Translations under genes and position numbers: made by a program | Notes under the pieces: generated by a model | What the model saw: the letters and a program-made list of their open reading frames with translations, nothing else | Database searches by the model: none | Told to the model about the DNA's origin: nothing | In this document: one piece after another, positions 1 through 10,165 of the stretch | How positions within the stretch are numbered: position 1 is the first letter of the stretch | Layout of the letters: each line of letters begins with the position of its first letter | Source of the DNA: a bacterium | GTDB lineage: Bacteria; JAMCPX01 | Length of the DNA stretch: 35,413 nt | Assembly (NCBI GenBank): GCA_037439545.1 | Contig: JBBIVV010000018.1 | Location: 6,715 to 42,127 of the forward strand | Direction of reading: 5' to 3'

Positions 1-56
1 GTTCCATTGCCATAGATAAACCGTCTTCCGTTAATTAGTTTGGTTTTTATATTCAT
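1..56 (-). CDS. 5' end of an unidentified CDS running off the left edge (MNIKTKLINGRRFIYGNG...)
   Basis: ATG at 56..54 preceded by an AGGGA SD-like motif; frame open to the window edge; same strand as and 47 nt downstream of ruvB. Too short to assign a function. Confidence 0.5.
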   Translation of the reverse strand, partial: MNIKTKLINGRRFIYGNG

Positions 57-103
57 GTTTATTCCCTATTTGATTTAAGTATTATGCACATTGGAACAGG
101 TTG

Positions 104-1129
104 TTATTTGTTTTTGAACAGGGTTGGCTGGCGGTTCATGCGATCAGAAATGCCGAGGTGCTTATATGCAAGCTCTGTCGCTATCCTTCCTCTCGACGTT
201 CTTTCGAGCATGCCGCACTGGATAAGATACGGCTCATAGACCTCTTCCAAAGTGTCGCTCTCCTCGCTGATTGCCGCGGCTATCGTATCAATGCCGACCG
301 GACCGCCGCTGAATTTTTCTACAATGGCTTTCAGTATTTTTATGTCCATCCTGTCAAACCCGAGATGATCTATATCAAGCATAGACAATGCTTTTTTTGT
401 TATGTTTAAATCTATGGCACCGTTACCCTCGACCTGTGCATAGTCCCTTATGCGTCTTATCAGTCTTATGGCGACCCTCGGGGTCCCGCGAGCCCTTTTT
501 GCAATCTCATAACTGCCCTCATCCGTAATCGGTATGCCGATAATCTTTGCAGAACGCTCTATAATCTTCTTCAAATCCTCTGTCGTGTAAAACTCAAGAC
601 CTGCCACAAAACCGAACCTGTCCCGTAACGGCGCTGACAGGAGTCCTGTCCTTGTTGTCGCTCCGATCAAGGTAAATCGCGGCAGGTCGAGCCTTATTGC
701 CTTTGCCGAAGGACCCTGCCCGATGATAATGTCGAGCTTGAAATCCTCCATGGCCGGATAGAGGACCTCTCCTACGGATGCATTTATTCTATGGATTTCA
801 TCGATGAACAAAACGTCCCTTTCATTAAGGTTTGTGAGTATTGCTGCTATGTCGCCCGTTTTTTCAAGGATAGGACCTGAGGTGGTCTTAAGTCCAACCC
901 CTAATTCTGACGATACAATGTATGCAAGGGTCGTTTTCCCAAGGCCCGGGGGACCGTAGAACAGTATGTGATCAAGGGCCTCTTCACGTTCTTTCGCAGC
1001 TTGAATAAATACTTTTAGATTGGAAACAACCTTATCCTGACCAATGTATTCAGAGAATCTATTTGGCCTGATCTTTTGTTCATAGATCTCGTCTTCTTTC
1101 AATTTTCTTGGGTCAAACTGTTCGTTCAT
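104..1129 (-). CDS. ruvB: Holliday junction branch migration helicase RuvB
   Basis: RP..F.EYIGQ N-terminus, Walker [10 protein letters not shown], Walker [26 protein letters not shown] and E.VYEPYL motifs; adjacent to ruvA. Confidence 0.98.
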   Translation of the reverse strand: MNEQFDPRKLKEDEIYEQKIRPNRFSEYIGQDKVVSNLKVFIQAAKEREEALDHILFYGPPGLGKTTLAYIVSSELGVGLKTTSGPILEKTGDIAAILTNLNERDVLFIDEIHRINASVGEVLYPAMEDFKLDIIIGQGPSAKAIRLDLPRFTLIGATTRTGLLSAPLRDRFGFVAGLEFYTTEDLKKIIERSAKIIGIPITDEGSYEIAKRARGTPRVAIRLIRRIRDYAQVEGNGAIDLNITKKALSMLDIDHLGFDRMDIKILKAIVEKFSGGPVGIDTIAAAISEESDTLEEVYEPYLIQCGMLERTSRGRIATELAYKHLGISDRMNRQPTLFKNK

Positions 1130-1717
1130 TTATTTGCTCAGCCGTTTTAAGGATAACCTTATAATGCCTCCGATATCAAGCGATGGGTTTTCCTTTACTA
1201 CAGCTTCTACGATGTCTCTGGATTGCTGTGGCTTGTATCCAAGATTGATCAGAGCCGAAACGGTATCTGATAGTATGGACTGCTTCCCTGTCGCGGGAAT
1301 AGCCTGTGACTGCAGGTTGCCCATTTTCTCCTTTAGTTCAACGATAATCTTCTCTGCACTCTTTTTACCGATTCCGGGAACGGATGACAGTCTTGCCACA
1401 TCCCTTGTAACAACAGCACTTATAAGCTCGTCGATCTGTATATGTGACAGTATATTCCTTGCTGCTTTTGGACCTATGCCCGAGACGGATATTAAAAGTT
1501 TGAACAATGCTTTTTCAGTGACGGTTGCGAAACCGTAGAGATAAATATCTTCTTCCCTTGCCTGCGTATGGAGATAAAGCACTACGGGGCTGCCGCTCTC
1601 GGGGAGTGCCATTAAAGTCATGCCTGATACAAACACCTCAAACCCTATACCGGTCACCTCGACAATTACACTGTCCTGTTTTTTCTCGGCCAGTATGCCT
1701 TTAATGTGATACAGCAT
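1130..1717 (-). CDS. ruvA: Holliday junction DNA-binding protein RuvA
   Basis: N-terminal OB fold (REEDIYLYGF), tandem HhH motifs (VSGIGPK, VPGIGKKSAEKIIVELK), C-terminal ALINLGY. Confidence 0.97.
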   Translation of the reverse strand: MLYHIKGILAEKKQDSVIVEVTGIGFEVFVSGMTLMALPESGSPVVLYLHTQAREEDIYLYGFATVTEKALFKLLISVSGIGPKAARNILSHIQIDELISAVVTRDVARLSSVPGIGKKSAEKIIVELKEKMGNLQSQAIPATGKQSILSDTVSALINLGYKPQQSRDIVEAVVKENPSLDIGGIIRLSLKRLSK

Positions 1718-2204
1718 GTTGCATAATCCTGTTTTTAAACTGCATAGAATTTATATGACAGAGGGCAACGGCCATTGCATCCGAGGTGTCCATGATCAAC
1801 TTGTGGTCGATATTTAAGAGCCTTTTTACCATGAGCTGTACCTGTTCCTTATCTGCTTTTCCGTAACCGGAAAGGGCCTTCTTTATTACCATTGGCTGAT
1901 ATTCATTCAGAGTAATACCTTTGTTTAAGGCGGCAATCATGGCTGCGGCCGATGTCTGAACAAGTACAAAGGCGCTCCTTGGGTTTTTTGAAAAGAATAC
2001 TGTTTCTATCGCGGCTCCATCCGGATTGTAGGTATCTATAATAGTAGTGACTTCTTTGTAGATAAATAAAAGCCGGTCAGAGACAGCCTGTATGTTTTTT
2101 GAGTTTATTATACCCGATGATATATGCTTATAGCTGTTACCGCCCGATTCGATGACAGCCCAGCCCATTATCTGTGATCCTGGGTCTATGCCCAGTATCC
2201 TCAT
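1701..2204 (-). CDS. ruvC: Crossover junction endodeoxyribonuclease RuvC
   Basis: MRILGIDPG, AIE.VF, IKKALSGYGKADKEQV and D.SDA.A.A.CH motifs. Confidence 0.97.
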   Translation of the reverse strand: MRILGIDPGSQIMGWAVIESGGNSYKHISSGIINSKNIQAVSDRLLFIYKEVTTIIDTYNPDGAAIETVFFSKNPRSAFVLVQTSAAAMIAALNKGITLNEYQPMVIKKALSGYGKADKEQVQLMVKRLLNIDHKLIMDTSDAMAVALCHINSMQFKNRIMQHAVSH

Positions 2205-2956
2205 TGTTCAAGAGCCTCCATGTCCTTTTCAGATATATCGAAGTTGGCATATACCTTCTGAACATCGTCGTGATCGTCGAGTGTTTCCATAAGCTTCAGC
2301 ATCTGTTCAGCCTCTCTGCCCTTGAGGGGTATATACGTTTGCGGAACAAGTGTTACCTCGGCATAGGTAAACTTTATGCCTGCTTGAGTATAGGCTGCCT
2401 TGACGGTCTCGAATGATGACGGCGGAACCAGGACCTCGAACACCTTGCCATCCTCATCGTGACTTATATCTTCCACATCGAAATTCATGGACAGCTCGAG
2501 CAGTTTGTCCTCTGTAATAGTATCATCCGGTATAAAGAACTGCCCCTTTTGTTTGAACATCCATCCAACGCATCCTGCTTCGCCGAGGTTGCCCGCGTAT
2601 CTTGAAAAAATGTGACGTATCTCCGCAGCTGAGCGGTTCTTGTTGTCGGTCATGACCTTGACAAGGACAGCGACGCCTCCGGGTCCGTACCCTTCATACA
2701 TAAGCTCTTCATAGACTTCCCCCTCCAGTTCCCCGGTACCCTTTTTAATGGCATTATCAATATTTGTTTTCGGCATGTTCTCCTGTTTTGCCGCAGTAAC
2801 TGCAGATCTGAGTCTCGGGTTCGTATCAATATTGCCGCCTCCGGTCCTTGCCGCTGTTATGATTTCTCTAATAAACTTCGTAAATAGTTTACCTCTTCTG
2901 GCATCTTCTTTGCCTTTTTTATGCTTTATTGTTGCCCATTTCGAATGTCCCGACAT
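2201..2956 (-). CDS. yebC: YebC/PmpR family protein
   Basis: MSGHSKWATIKHKK, YEGYGPGGVA, TDNKNR and DDVQ.VY.N motifs; usual position upstream of ruvC. Confidence 0.96.
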   Translation of the reverse strand: MSGHSKWATIKHKKGKEDARRGKLFTKFIREIITAARTGGGNIDTNPRLRSAVTAAKQENMPKTNIDNAIKKGTGELEGEVYEELMYEGYGPGGVAVLVKVMTDNKNRSAAEIRHIFSRYAGNLGEAGCVGWMFKQKGQFFIPDDTITEDKLLELSMNFDVEDISHDEDGKVFEVLVPPSSFETVKAAYTQAGIKFTYAEVTLVPQTYIPLKGREAEQMLKLMETLDDHDDVQKVYANFDISEKDMEALEQ

Positions 2957-2966
2957 AGTGCCTCCT

Positions 2967-4847
2967 TTAGATCTTATGTAATACCGAGTAGACCCTTTTT
3001 GCTATACCTTCCGGACAAAGATCATAAAGTTCCTTGAGCTTATTCTGATCTCCATGTGTAACAAAAATATCCGGTATGCCTATCGTTATAAACCTGTTAT
3101 TATGAATATACTTACTGTGCAAAAATTCCATTACCGCGCTGCCGAATCCGCCTGCAACCACATTGTTCTCGACCGTTACGATGACCTCGAACTTCGAAGC
3201 TATCTCTGTAAGAAGCCGTTCGTCCAGCGGTTTTACGAATCGTGCATTCACGACTGTTGCACTGATACCCTGCGATAGAAGTATATTCCTCGCAAGTAGC
3301 GATGGAGCAACCATATCACCGATTGCGATAATCGCAATATCGTTTCCGCTCTCGAGGGTTTCGGCACTCCCTATCGGGATCGATTTAAAACTTTCCGAAA
3401 GTTTGACGCCAACGGCATTGCCTCTCGGATACCTTACAACACAGGGTTTGCCGAGATTGATAGCGGTAAACAGCATATGCCGCAGTTCTTCTTCGTCTTT
3501 GGGAGACATGAGGGTCATGTTCGGAATCATCCGCATGTAGGAAATATCAAACGTTCCATGGTGCGTCGGTCCGTCCTGTCCCACAATGCCGGCCCTGTCT
3601 ATCATAATGGTTACCCCGAGATTCTGGAGACATACATCGTGGATAACCTGATCAAAAGCCCGTTGCATGAAGGTGGAATAAATTGCTGCTATGGGCTTTA
3701 ACCCTTCTGTCGCAAGCCCTGCGGCGAATGTTATGCCGTGCTGTTCCGCAATACCTACGTCGTAGAACCTATCGGGGAATCTTTTTGCAAACTCCTCAAG
3801 GCCTGTGCCGTCCGGCATTGCTGCCGTTATTGCGACTATTTTCCTGTCCTGTTCCGCAAGTTTTATTATTGCATTGCTGAAGACCTTTGTATAAGCCGGA
3901 ATTGGATTGTTCTTTGAAATCACCTTGCCCGATATTTTATCAAACGGGCCGACACCATGCCAGAAAACAGGGTCTTTTTCAGCGAATTCGTAGCCTTTGC
4001 CTTTCTGTGTCTTTACATGGACGAGGACAGCGCCGTCCCAGTTCTTGACATTCTTAAATGTCTCAATAAGTTCATTCAGGCTGTGCCCCTTAATAGGTCC
4101 AATGTACTGGAAGCCGAGACCTTCAAAAAGTATACCGGGTGTTACAAAGCTCTTAAACGATATCTCCGTTCTCTGAGCAACCTTGTACAACGGATCACTG
4201 AACCTTTTAGGCAGGGATAAAATAAATTCTTTTATGCTTTTCCTTATCCTTGTAAACCTCGAGCTTACAAGTTTTCTGCTGAAAAAATTAGATAAAGCTC
4301 CAACGTTCGGATATATGCTCATTCCATTATCATTGACAACGACAATGAGATTCCTTCGAAGATGTCCTGCCTGATCGAGTCCTTCAAATGCCATGCCCGC
4401 TGTGAGTGAGCCGTCGCCTATGACAGCCACCACCTTTGCAGTGTCCCTGTCGTTTATTTTGAGTGCCTCTTTTATACCCAGTGCGGCTGATATGGATGTA
4501 CTTGAATGGCCTGCACCGAATGCATCGTATTCACTTTCGTCTCTCCTGAGAAAACCGCTGATTCCTCCGTACTGCCTCAGGGTGTTGAACCTGTCCTTTC
4601 TTCCGGTAAGGATCTTATGCGCATACGCCTGATGTCCGACATCCCAGATGATCTTGTCATCAGGCGTATCAAAGACATAGTGAAGTGCTATGGTGAGTTC
4701 GACAGCGCCGAGACTTGAGGCAAGATGTCCGCCGGTCGAAGCTACAGTGTCCGTGATCAGCTCTCTTACTTCATCCGCGAGCTGGGTAAGCTCAGTCAGC
4801 GTGAGCTTTTTTATGTCCGACGGATGGGTTACTCTGTCGAGAATCAT
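2967..4847 (-). CDS. dxs: 1-deoxy-D-xylulose-5-phosphate synthase
   Basis: GGHLASSLG, WDVGHQAY.HKILTGR, TPP-binding GDGSLTAG...NDN, DVGIAEQH, DRAG.VG.DGPTHHG. Confidence 0.98.
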   Translation of the reverse strand: MILDRVTHPSDIKKLTLTELTQLADEVRELITDTVASTGGHLASSLGAVELTIALHYVFDTPDDKIIWDVGHQAYAHKILTGRKDRFNTLRQYGGISGFLRRDESEYDAFGAGHSSTSISAALGIKEALKINDRDTAKVVAVIGDGSLTAGMAFEGLDQAGHLRRNLIVVVNDNGMSIYPNVGALSNFFSRKLVSSRFTRIRKSIKEFILSLPKRFSDPLYKVAQRTEISFKSFVTPGILFEGLGFQYIGPIKGHSLNELIETFKNVKNWDGAVLVHVKTQKGKGYEFAEKDPVFWHGVGPFDKISGKVISKNNPIPAYTKVFSNAIIKLAEQDRKIVAITAAMPDGTGLEEFAKRFPDRFYDVGIAEQHGITFAAGLATEGLKPIAAIYSTFMQRAFDQVIHDVCLQNLGVTIMIDRAGIVGQDGPTHHGTFDISYMRMIPNMTLMSPKDEEELRHMLFTAINLGKPCVVRYPRGNAVGVKLSESFKSIPIGSAETLESGNDIAIIAIGDMVAPSLLARNILLSQGISATVVNARFVKPLDERLLTEIASKFEVIVTVENNVVAGGFGSAVMEFLHSKYIHNNRFITIGIPDIFVTHGDQNKLKELYDLCPEGIAKRVYSVLHKI

Positions 4848-5689
4848 AGGTTAAACCCCTGCTTGATCCAGTCACATATCGCAATTAAATAAATACCTTC
4901 TTTTTTATATTTTACGGATTCTTCGGCCTTATGAAGATATTCATAGAACAGTTCTTTTGCACCATCGATGCCGAATACATTTACTGCTGACGGCTCATTG
5001 TTATTGTTATCATGATCGACGATATCATCACCTATCTGGAACGCCATGCCGAGCGCTTCCCCGTAGTTCCGAAGGCCGGGTATATAGGTTTGTTTTTTTA
5101 AGAACAGGGCAGATGCGAGAGCTGAAAATTTAATAAGTGCGGCTGTTTTATTCCGATGTATGAATAAGATGTCTTCCCTGGTCAGTTTTGTATTTCTTTT
5201 CTCGAGATCCGCGGCCTGTCCTCCGACCAAGCCCCGTGAGCCGAGTGCAGACGCGAATTCAACGAGCAGAGCTCCCAGATTGCCGGGTTTTTTATAAGAC
5301 TGAAGCATGCCCATTACTTCAAACGCTGCTGTCAACAATGCATCGCCGGTAAGTACTGCAACAGCCTCGTTGAACATCCGGTGTACGGTTGGTTTACCCC
5401 TTCTGAAGTCATCATTATCCATTGACGGAAGATCATCGTGAACAAGAGAGTATGTATGTACCATCTCAATCATAGCACCTATCGAATAAACTATTTTATC
5501 TATTTTTACGCCCATGTAGTCTGAAGATGCGATCAGAATAAGCGGCCTCAATCTTTTTCCTCCGTTGAATACCGAGTATCTCATTGCCCTGTGAATCACC
5601 GTGGGCATTGTCTGCTCTGCGGGCAACAGGCTGTTCAATGTCTCGTCAATTTTTTTTGTGTGATGTTTGATATAATCGCTAAAGTTCAA
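4844..5689 (-). CDS. ispA: Short-chain polyprenyl (farnesyl/geranylgeranyl) diphosphate synthase
   Basis: GGKRLRP, FARM HTYSLVHDDLPSMD..D.RRG, GQ..DL, KT motif, SARM FQIGDDIVD; TTG start; 4-nt overlap with dxs. Confidence 0.9.
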   Translation of the reverse strand: MNFSDYIKHHTKKIDETLNSLLPAEQTMPTVIHRAMRYSVFNGGKRLRPLILIASSDYMGVKIDKIVYSIGAMIEMVHTYSLVHDDLPSMDNDDFRRGKPTVHRMFNEAVAVLTGDALLTAAFEVMGMLQSYKKPGNLGALLVEFASALGSRGLVGGQAADLEKRNTKLTREDILFIHRNKTAALIKFSALASALFLKKQTYIPGLRNYGEALGMAFQIGDDIVDHDNNNNEPSAVNVFGIDGAKELFYEYLHKAEESVKYKKEGIYLIAICDWIKQGFNL

Positions 5690-5692
5690 AAT

Positions 5693-6439
5693 CTATACTG
5701 CTTTTTTATTTCTTTTGGGTTTTTGTTCCACTGCATCACGATCTTCCGCCCCATAATACAGTATTCTCTGACAATGCGGACAATGTATAATCCTGCTGTT
5801 CGTCATGACCTCGTTGTATAACTGCGGCGGAATATTCACATAGCAACCCTGACAGACGCTTTTTTTTACCGCGACAATGGCAACATTTCTCTGTTTTCTG
5901 ATCTGCTCGTACAAATTGAGCAGACCGGGAGATACGTTCTTTGCTATAGCGTTTCTCTGGACATCGAATTTATCAATCTGTTTTGATAGAAAAGAGATTC
6001 TATCTTTGTTCTGGTCCGACACCTGATGGAGTCTTTTCCCTATTTCTTCCAGCTTCTGTTTTTGTTCTTCAGTGTTCTTGTTTATTTTTTCTATGTCTTC
6101 CATTATCTTGAGAACGGCATTTTCGATTTCGCTAATGTCTTTTTTAGCCCCGTTTATCTCTCTCATGAATGCCTGATATTCCCTGCCTGATTTTGCCTCT
6201 TTGAGTCTGGTATCCCACCTTCTTATCATTTCGTTGGTTTGCTGGATCTCCGCTTCCTTCGCCTTTCTTTCGGTGTCGAGCAGTGCATAATCTTTAGTGA
6301 ATTCCGCTATTGCCTGTTCCGCACTTTGATAAGCGTCTTCATCTCGTTTTAGGTTTTCTTCCAATTCATTCTTTTCCTGAGAGACATTTGTTATTTGCAT
6401 GTCAACTTCTTGAAGCTGTTTAAGATGCTCTATATCCAA
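5693..6439 (-). CDS. Coiled-coil protein with C-terminal C4 zinc ribbon (DUF164/CT398-like)
   Basis: Long coiled coil starting L.QLQ.VD, then CQGC...IPPQ...HCPHCQRILY; TTG start behind a strong AAGGAGGT SD. Confidence 0.9.
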   Translation of the reverse strand: MDIEHLKQLQEVDMQITNVSQEKNELEENLKRDEDAYQSAEQAIAEFTKDYALLDTERKAKEAEIQQTNEMIRRWDTRLKEAKSGREYQAFMREINGAKKDISEIENAVLKIMEDIEKINKNTEEQKQKLEEIGKRLHQVSDQNKDRISFLSKQIDKFDVQRNAIAKNVSPGLLNLYEQIRKQRNVAIVAVKKSVCQGCYVNIPPQLYNEVMTNSRIIHCPHCQRILYYGAEDRDAVEQKPKRNKKAV

Positions 6440-6473
6440 ATGAGAGTACCTCCTTTCATTATTTTATTATAAA

Positions 6474-6546
6474 TGGGCCCACCTGGACTCGAACCAGGGA
6501 CCAACCGGTTATGAGCCGGTAGCTCTACCAGCTGAGCTATGGGCCC
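6474..6546 (-). tRNA. tRNA with CAT anticodon, most likely tRNA-Ile2 (lysidine-modified); CCA not encoded
   Basis: Reverse complement GGGCCCATAGCTCAGCTGGTAGAGCTACCGGCTCATAACCGGTTGGTCCCTGGTTCGAGTCCAGGTGGGCCCA has a 7-bp acceptor stem, D arm, anticodon loop CTCATAA, GGTTCGAGTCC T arm and discriminator A. The G1-C72 pair excludes initiator fMet. Ile2 versus elongator Met is inferred from the GGGCCC acceptor and the location next to rpoD. Confidence 0.95.
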
Positions 6547-8337
6547 TCATTCACTTATAAAAGTTTTCAAGTTCTTGCTGCGACTCGGATGCCTGAGCTT
6601 CCTTAAGGCTTTTGCCTCAATTTGTCGAATCCTTTCTCGTGTAACCTCGAAATCCTTTCCAACTTCTTCAAGGGTGTGATCTGATTTTTCGCCTATACCA
6701 AACCGCAGCTTCAGTACCTTTTCTTCTCTTGGCGTAAGGGTCTTCAGCGCATTGCGTGTAAAAAACTGCAAGTTCTCGTTCGCAACTACTTCATGAGGAC
6801 CTGCAAACGACTTATCTTCGATAAAGTCTATCAAATGGCTGTCTTCTTCTTCCCCAATCGGAGTTTCAAGAGAAATCGGTTCTTTAGCTATTTTCAACAC
6901 CTTTCTGACTTTGTCAACAGGAAGCTCCATCTTTTCTGCAATCTCTTCAGGCAAAGGCTCCCTGCCGATTTCCTGAACAAGATATCTGGACGTTCTTATC
7001 AGCTTATTTATAGTTTCTATCATGTGTACCGGAATCCTTATCGTTCTTGCCTGATCGGCAATAGCACGTGTTATTGCCTGCCTGACCCACCAGGTCGCGT
7101 AGGTGCTGAATTTATATCCCCTCTGGTATTCAAATTTATCAACGGCTTTCATGAGTCCTATATTGCCTTCCTGTATGAGATCGGCAAGATTCAATCCCCT
7201 GTTGGTATATTTTTTTGCGATACTGACGACAAGTCTGAGATTCGCAAGTATCAATTTTTCTTTTGCCCTTTTTGTCTCTTCCTCACCGATGAGAACCTCA
7301 TTGAGTGTCGTCCTCAAGATAGCGCTTTCCGACTCCGCTTCTGTTTCAATGTCCTTAATCTGGGTCAGGGAATTCTTTACCCTCCGCACGATAACCTTGA
7401 GTTTATCATAATCCAATTTATGTTTTTTTGCTATTTTTTTTGTATCAGCCGCAGACCTGTTGAGTCTCGGTAAAAGGCCTTTAAAAGTATCCAATGGTAT
7501 GCAGCTTTCATGCGCACATATGCGCAATTCCGATTCAGAAGAGTCAAGCCTGTCGACAAGCGCCCTTAATTTTGCCGTTATCTGCATTATGAATTTCTCG
7601 TTCGGCGAAAGTCCTACCAGCAGAGAAGCAATCTTCTCATTGAGTCTGAGTACTTCCTCCCTCGCATGCTTTGAATCTTTATTTTTTCTTAATATTTTTC
7701 TGTGGATGCTCCGGTCTTCTTCCAGGTTTATCATTTTCTTTATAATGGCGAGTGTTTTCTGAATGGATTCTTCTTCTTCTTCGGGTGTGGTATCTTCTTC
7801 CATCTCCCGTATTATGTCTTTTATCCTGATGACGTTATTGATAAGCCTGTCGCCGGTGTCCTTAATCTCTTTAATCGTTACGGGGGATGAAAGCAGTGCA
7901 TTGAAAACTTTGTTCCTGCCTTCCTCTATGGCCTTGGCTATGCCGACTTCCCATTCGCGTGTCAAAAGCGGCATACTACCCATTTCTCTCAGATATAGTT
8001 TTATAGGATCATTCAGACGTTCATAAGACTTTGTTTCTTCTTCTTCCTCTTCCTGGACCTGAAAATTCTGTACTTTGATGCTTTTGCTTGCATCGACGAC
8101 CTCGATGTCAAGCTCGCCGAACATGTTCATGACTTCATCTATCTGGTCGGGTGATACAATGTCAGCGGGGAGTAGATTGTTTACCTCTTCAAATGTCAGG
8201 AAGCCTTTGCCTTTACCGAGAGTAATCAGCTTCTCGACGCTGTCAGTCAATTTATTGTTAGAAAGTTTACCTGTTCTTTTTTCTTTCTTTATTTTTTTTG
8301 GTGCTTTCAAAAGTTTTCTTTTTCTATGCTTTGTCAT
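6547..8337 (-). CDS. rpoD: RNA polymerase primary sigma factor RpoD
   Basis: Region 1.1, 1.2 ([11 protein letters not shown]), non-conserved region, 2 ([41 protein letters not shown]), 4.2 ([30 protein letters not shown]). Confidence 0.99.
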   Translation of the reverse strand: MTKHRKRKLLKAPKKIKKEKRTGKLSNNKLTDSVEKLITLGKGKGFLTFEEVNNLLPADIVSPDQIDEVMNMFGELDIEVVDASKSIKVQNFQVQEEEEEETKSYERLNDPIKLYLREMGSMPLLTREWEVGIAKAIEEGRNKVFNALLSSPVTIKEIKDTGDRLINNVIRIKDIIREMEEDTTPEEEEESIQKTLAIIKKMINLEEDRSIHRKILRKNKDSKHAREEVLRLNEKIASLLVGLSPNEKFIMQITAKLRALVDRLDSSESELRICAHESCIPLDTFKGLLPRLNRSAADTKKIAKKHKLDYDKLKVIVRRVKNSLTQIKDIETEAESESAILRTTLNEVLIGEEETKRAKEKLILANLRLVVSIAKKYTNRGLNLADLIQEGNIGLMKAVDKFEYQRGYKFSTYATWWVRQAITRAIADQARTIRIPVHMIETINKLIRTSRYLVQEIGREPLPEEIAEKMELPVDKVRKVLKIAKEPISLETPIGEEEDSHLIDFIEDKSFAGPHEVVANENLQFFTRNALKTLTPREEKVLKLRFGIGEKSDHTLEEVGKDFEVTRERIRQIEAKALRKLRHPSRSKNLKTFISE

Positions 8338-8338
8338 A

Positions 8339-10102
8339 CTATTTCTTGTGAGAGGCTACAATCTCCTTTTTCTTTTTTAACAATGTATCCAACAATGGCC
8401 CCGGGGCATCTTTCCTGCCTGCGGCTCTTGTTTCATTAATTTCTTTGGATAGCTTTCGTTGCTCATTTATATAATACGACTTCTTAATTTTATTCACCGC
8501 ATAATCGTATAATGCATCAATATCTTCACCGCTCAGGCTGGTGAGCATTGCCGCAGAAAACACAGCTTTCTTTGTCTCGTCAATATCCTGTTGGAATACA
8601 GCGGTTTTTATGTCTTTTACTCCATTCCCATATAAAGTTTTAACTTGTTGAATAGATGCGATAATATCGGTGTTTGTCAAGAGATTAATGATTCCATCAC
8701 CCAATAAATTATGCATCTTTTCCGGATGGTCAATAATTATCGATAACAGTATAAGCTCAGCTTTCAATAACGTGCTGTTCACTGCTGCAGGCTTTACACG
8801 TGGTTGCTCATATGCTGTTGTGCCGGTTTTCTTAAGTTCATCTCTTATAGACAATTCAGATATGCCTGTCAATTCTGTAAGCTTTTGAACGTAGAGCTCC
8901 TGCTTCAAAGGTGAATTGCCGATCTTCTTCAGGAGAGTAAGAATACTGTTTATGGCATGGAGCTTTCCTCCGACAGTATTTTGTGTGTCTGTAAGCGTTT
9001 TCTTTACAAAATATTCAAACAAAGGCTGTGCGTCGTTTATAATCTCATCCATGGCTTTCCTGCCCTGTTCGATTAAAAGAGTGTCGGGATCATAACCTGA
9101 TGGCAGCAAAGCCATTCTCCCTTCTATCGCCGAGTCAATGATGACTTCGAGTGTCCTCAGCCCCGCTTTTTCTCCGGCCGCATCCCCGTCAAAAAGGAAG
9201 ACGGCATCCCGGGAAAATCTTGAAACCATATTTATATGATACATGCTTACCGCTGTTCCCGTTGTGGCGACCGTGTTTTTAAATCCATGCTGGTGCATGA
9301 GTATCGTATCCATGTATCCTTCCACGAATATAAAGTATCCAGCCCTGTCTATATGCGATTTAGCAATATCGATACCGTACAAGGACATACCTTTTTTGTA
9401 AATATCAGAATCAGGTGAATTAAGATATTTAGGCTCTTCACCTTCAAACATCCTGCCGCCGAAAGCAATGATGCGTGCCCTGTAGTCTTTAATCGGAAAC
9501 ATGATCCTGCCCCTGAACCTGTCGTAATAGTCTTTACCGGACTGTTTTTTCATGACGAGACCAATGTCTGATGCCGCTGACAGGGGCACTTGGTGTGATC
9601 TCAAAAATGATGCTGCAGTATCCCATCCGTTTGGAGCATAGCCGATCATATAATCTTTTATCGTCTGGGTACTCAGGCCCCTTTCCGTTGTTAAATATTT
9701 AAAAGCCTTTTTACCCATTACATCAGAAAAGAGCAACTGGTGATAATGATTTGCCATAAGCTCATTAATCGAGTAGTAATCATCCTTTTTTTTATCCCCG
9801 GGAGATTCTGTTAAAGAGACCCCCGCAGCATGCGCAAGATACCGCACGGTATCCTGAAAGTCTTCGTTCTTTATACGCATGAGGAAATTAATGACATCAC
9901 CGCCTGCCCCACACCCGAAACAATGATAAACTCCTTTCTTTTCATTGACGGTAAATGAAGGTGTTTTTTCATTGTGGAATGGGCACAGACCCGTAAAATT
10001 ATCGCCGCTTTTTTTCAGGCCCACATAACCTGATACTACATCAACTATGTTTGTCCGCTCTTTTATCTCTCTAATCTGGGCTTCCCAGTTGTGTCCAATC
10101 AT
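8339..10102 (-). CDS. dnaG: DNA primase
   Basis: CHC2 zinc finger CPFH.EKTPSF...[35 protein letters not shown] and FDGD.AG. Confidence 0.98.
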   Translation of the reverse strand: MIGHNWEAQIREIKERTNIVDVVSGYVGLKKSGDNFTGLCPFHNEKTPSFTVNEKKGVYHCFGCGAGGDVINFLMRIKNEDFQDTVRYLAHAAGVSLTESPGDKKKDDYYSINELMANHYHQLLFSDVMGKKAFKYLTTERGLSTQTIKDYMIGYAPNGWDTAASFLRSHQVPLSAASDIGLVMKKQSGKDYYDRFRGRIMFPIKDYRARIIAFGGRMFEGEEPKYLNSPDSDIYKKGMSLYGIDIAKSHIDRAGYFIFVEGYMDTILMHQHGFKNTVATTGTAVSMYHINMVSRFSRDAVFLFDGDAAGEKAGLRTLEVIIDSAIEGRMALLPSGYDPDTLLIEQGRKAMDEIINDAQPLFEYFVKKTLTDTQNTVGGKLHAINSILTLLKKIGNSPLKQELYVQKLTELTGISELSIRDELKKTGTTAYEQPRVKPAAVNSTLLKAELILLSIIIDHPEKMHNLLGDGIINLLTNTDIIASIQQVKTLYGNGVKDIKTAVFQQDIDETKKAVFSAAMLTSLSGEDIDALYDYAVNKIKKSYYINEQRKLSKEINETRAAGRKDAPGPLLDTLLKKKKEIVASHKK

Positions 10103-10154
10103 CGTATTCCATCATTGGATCCAATCATCAAATGCCGTCATTCCATCCCATCAT
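10092..10154 (-). repeat. Degenerate 26-nt tandem repeat (two units plus a partial third starting at the dnaG ATG)
   Basis: Minus-strand units ATGATGGGATGGAATGACGGCATTTG (10154-10129) and ATGATTGGATCCAATGATGGAATACG (10128-10103) are 19/26 identical; dnaG starts ATGATTGGA at 10102. Confidence 0.7.
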
Positions 10155-10165
10155 AATAACAAGAT

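Noticed and set aside
6474..6546. tRNA as an integration site for a genomic island
   Set aside because: No integrase, no duplicated tRNA 3' end, and housekeeping genes on both sides.
6474..6546. Initiator tRNA-fMet
   Set aside because: Paired G1-C72 and no run of three G-C pairs of the GGG/CCC type in the anticodon stem.
6793..7473. 226-aa plus-strand ORF opposite rpoD, and the many similar antisense or alternate-frame ORFs in the track
   Set aside because: They lie wholly within well-supported genes, lack recognisable motifs or SDs, and are typical shadow ORFs.
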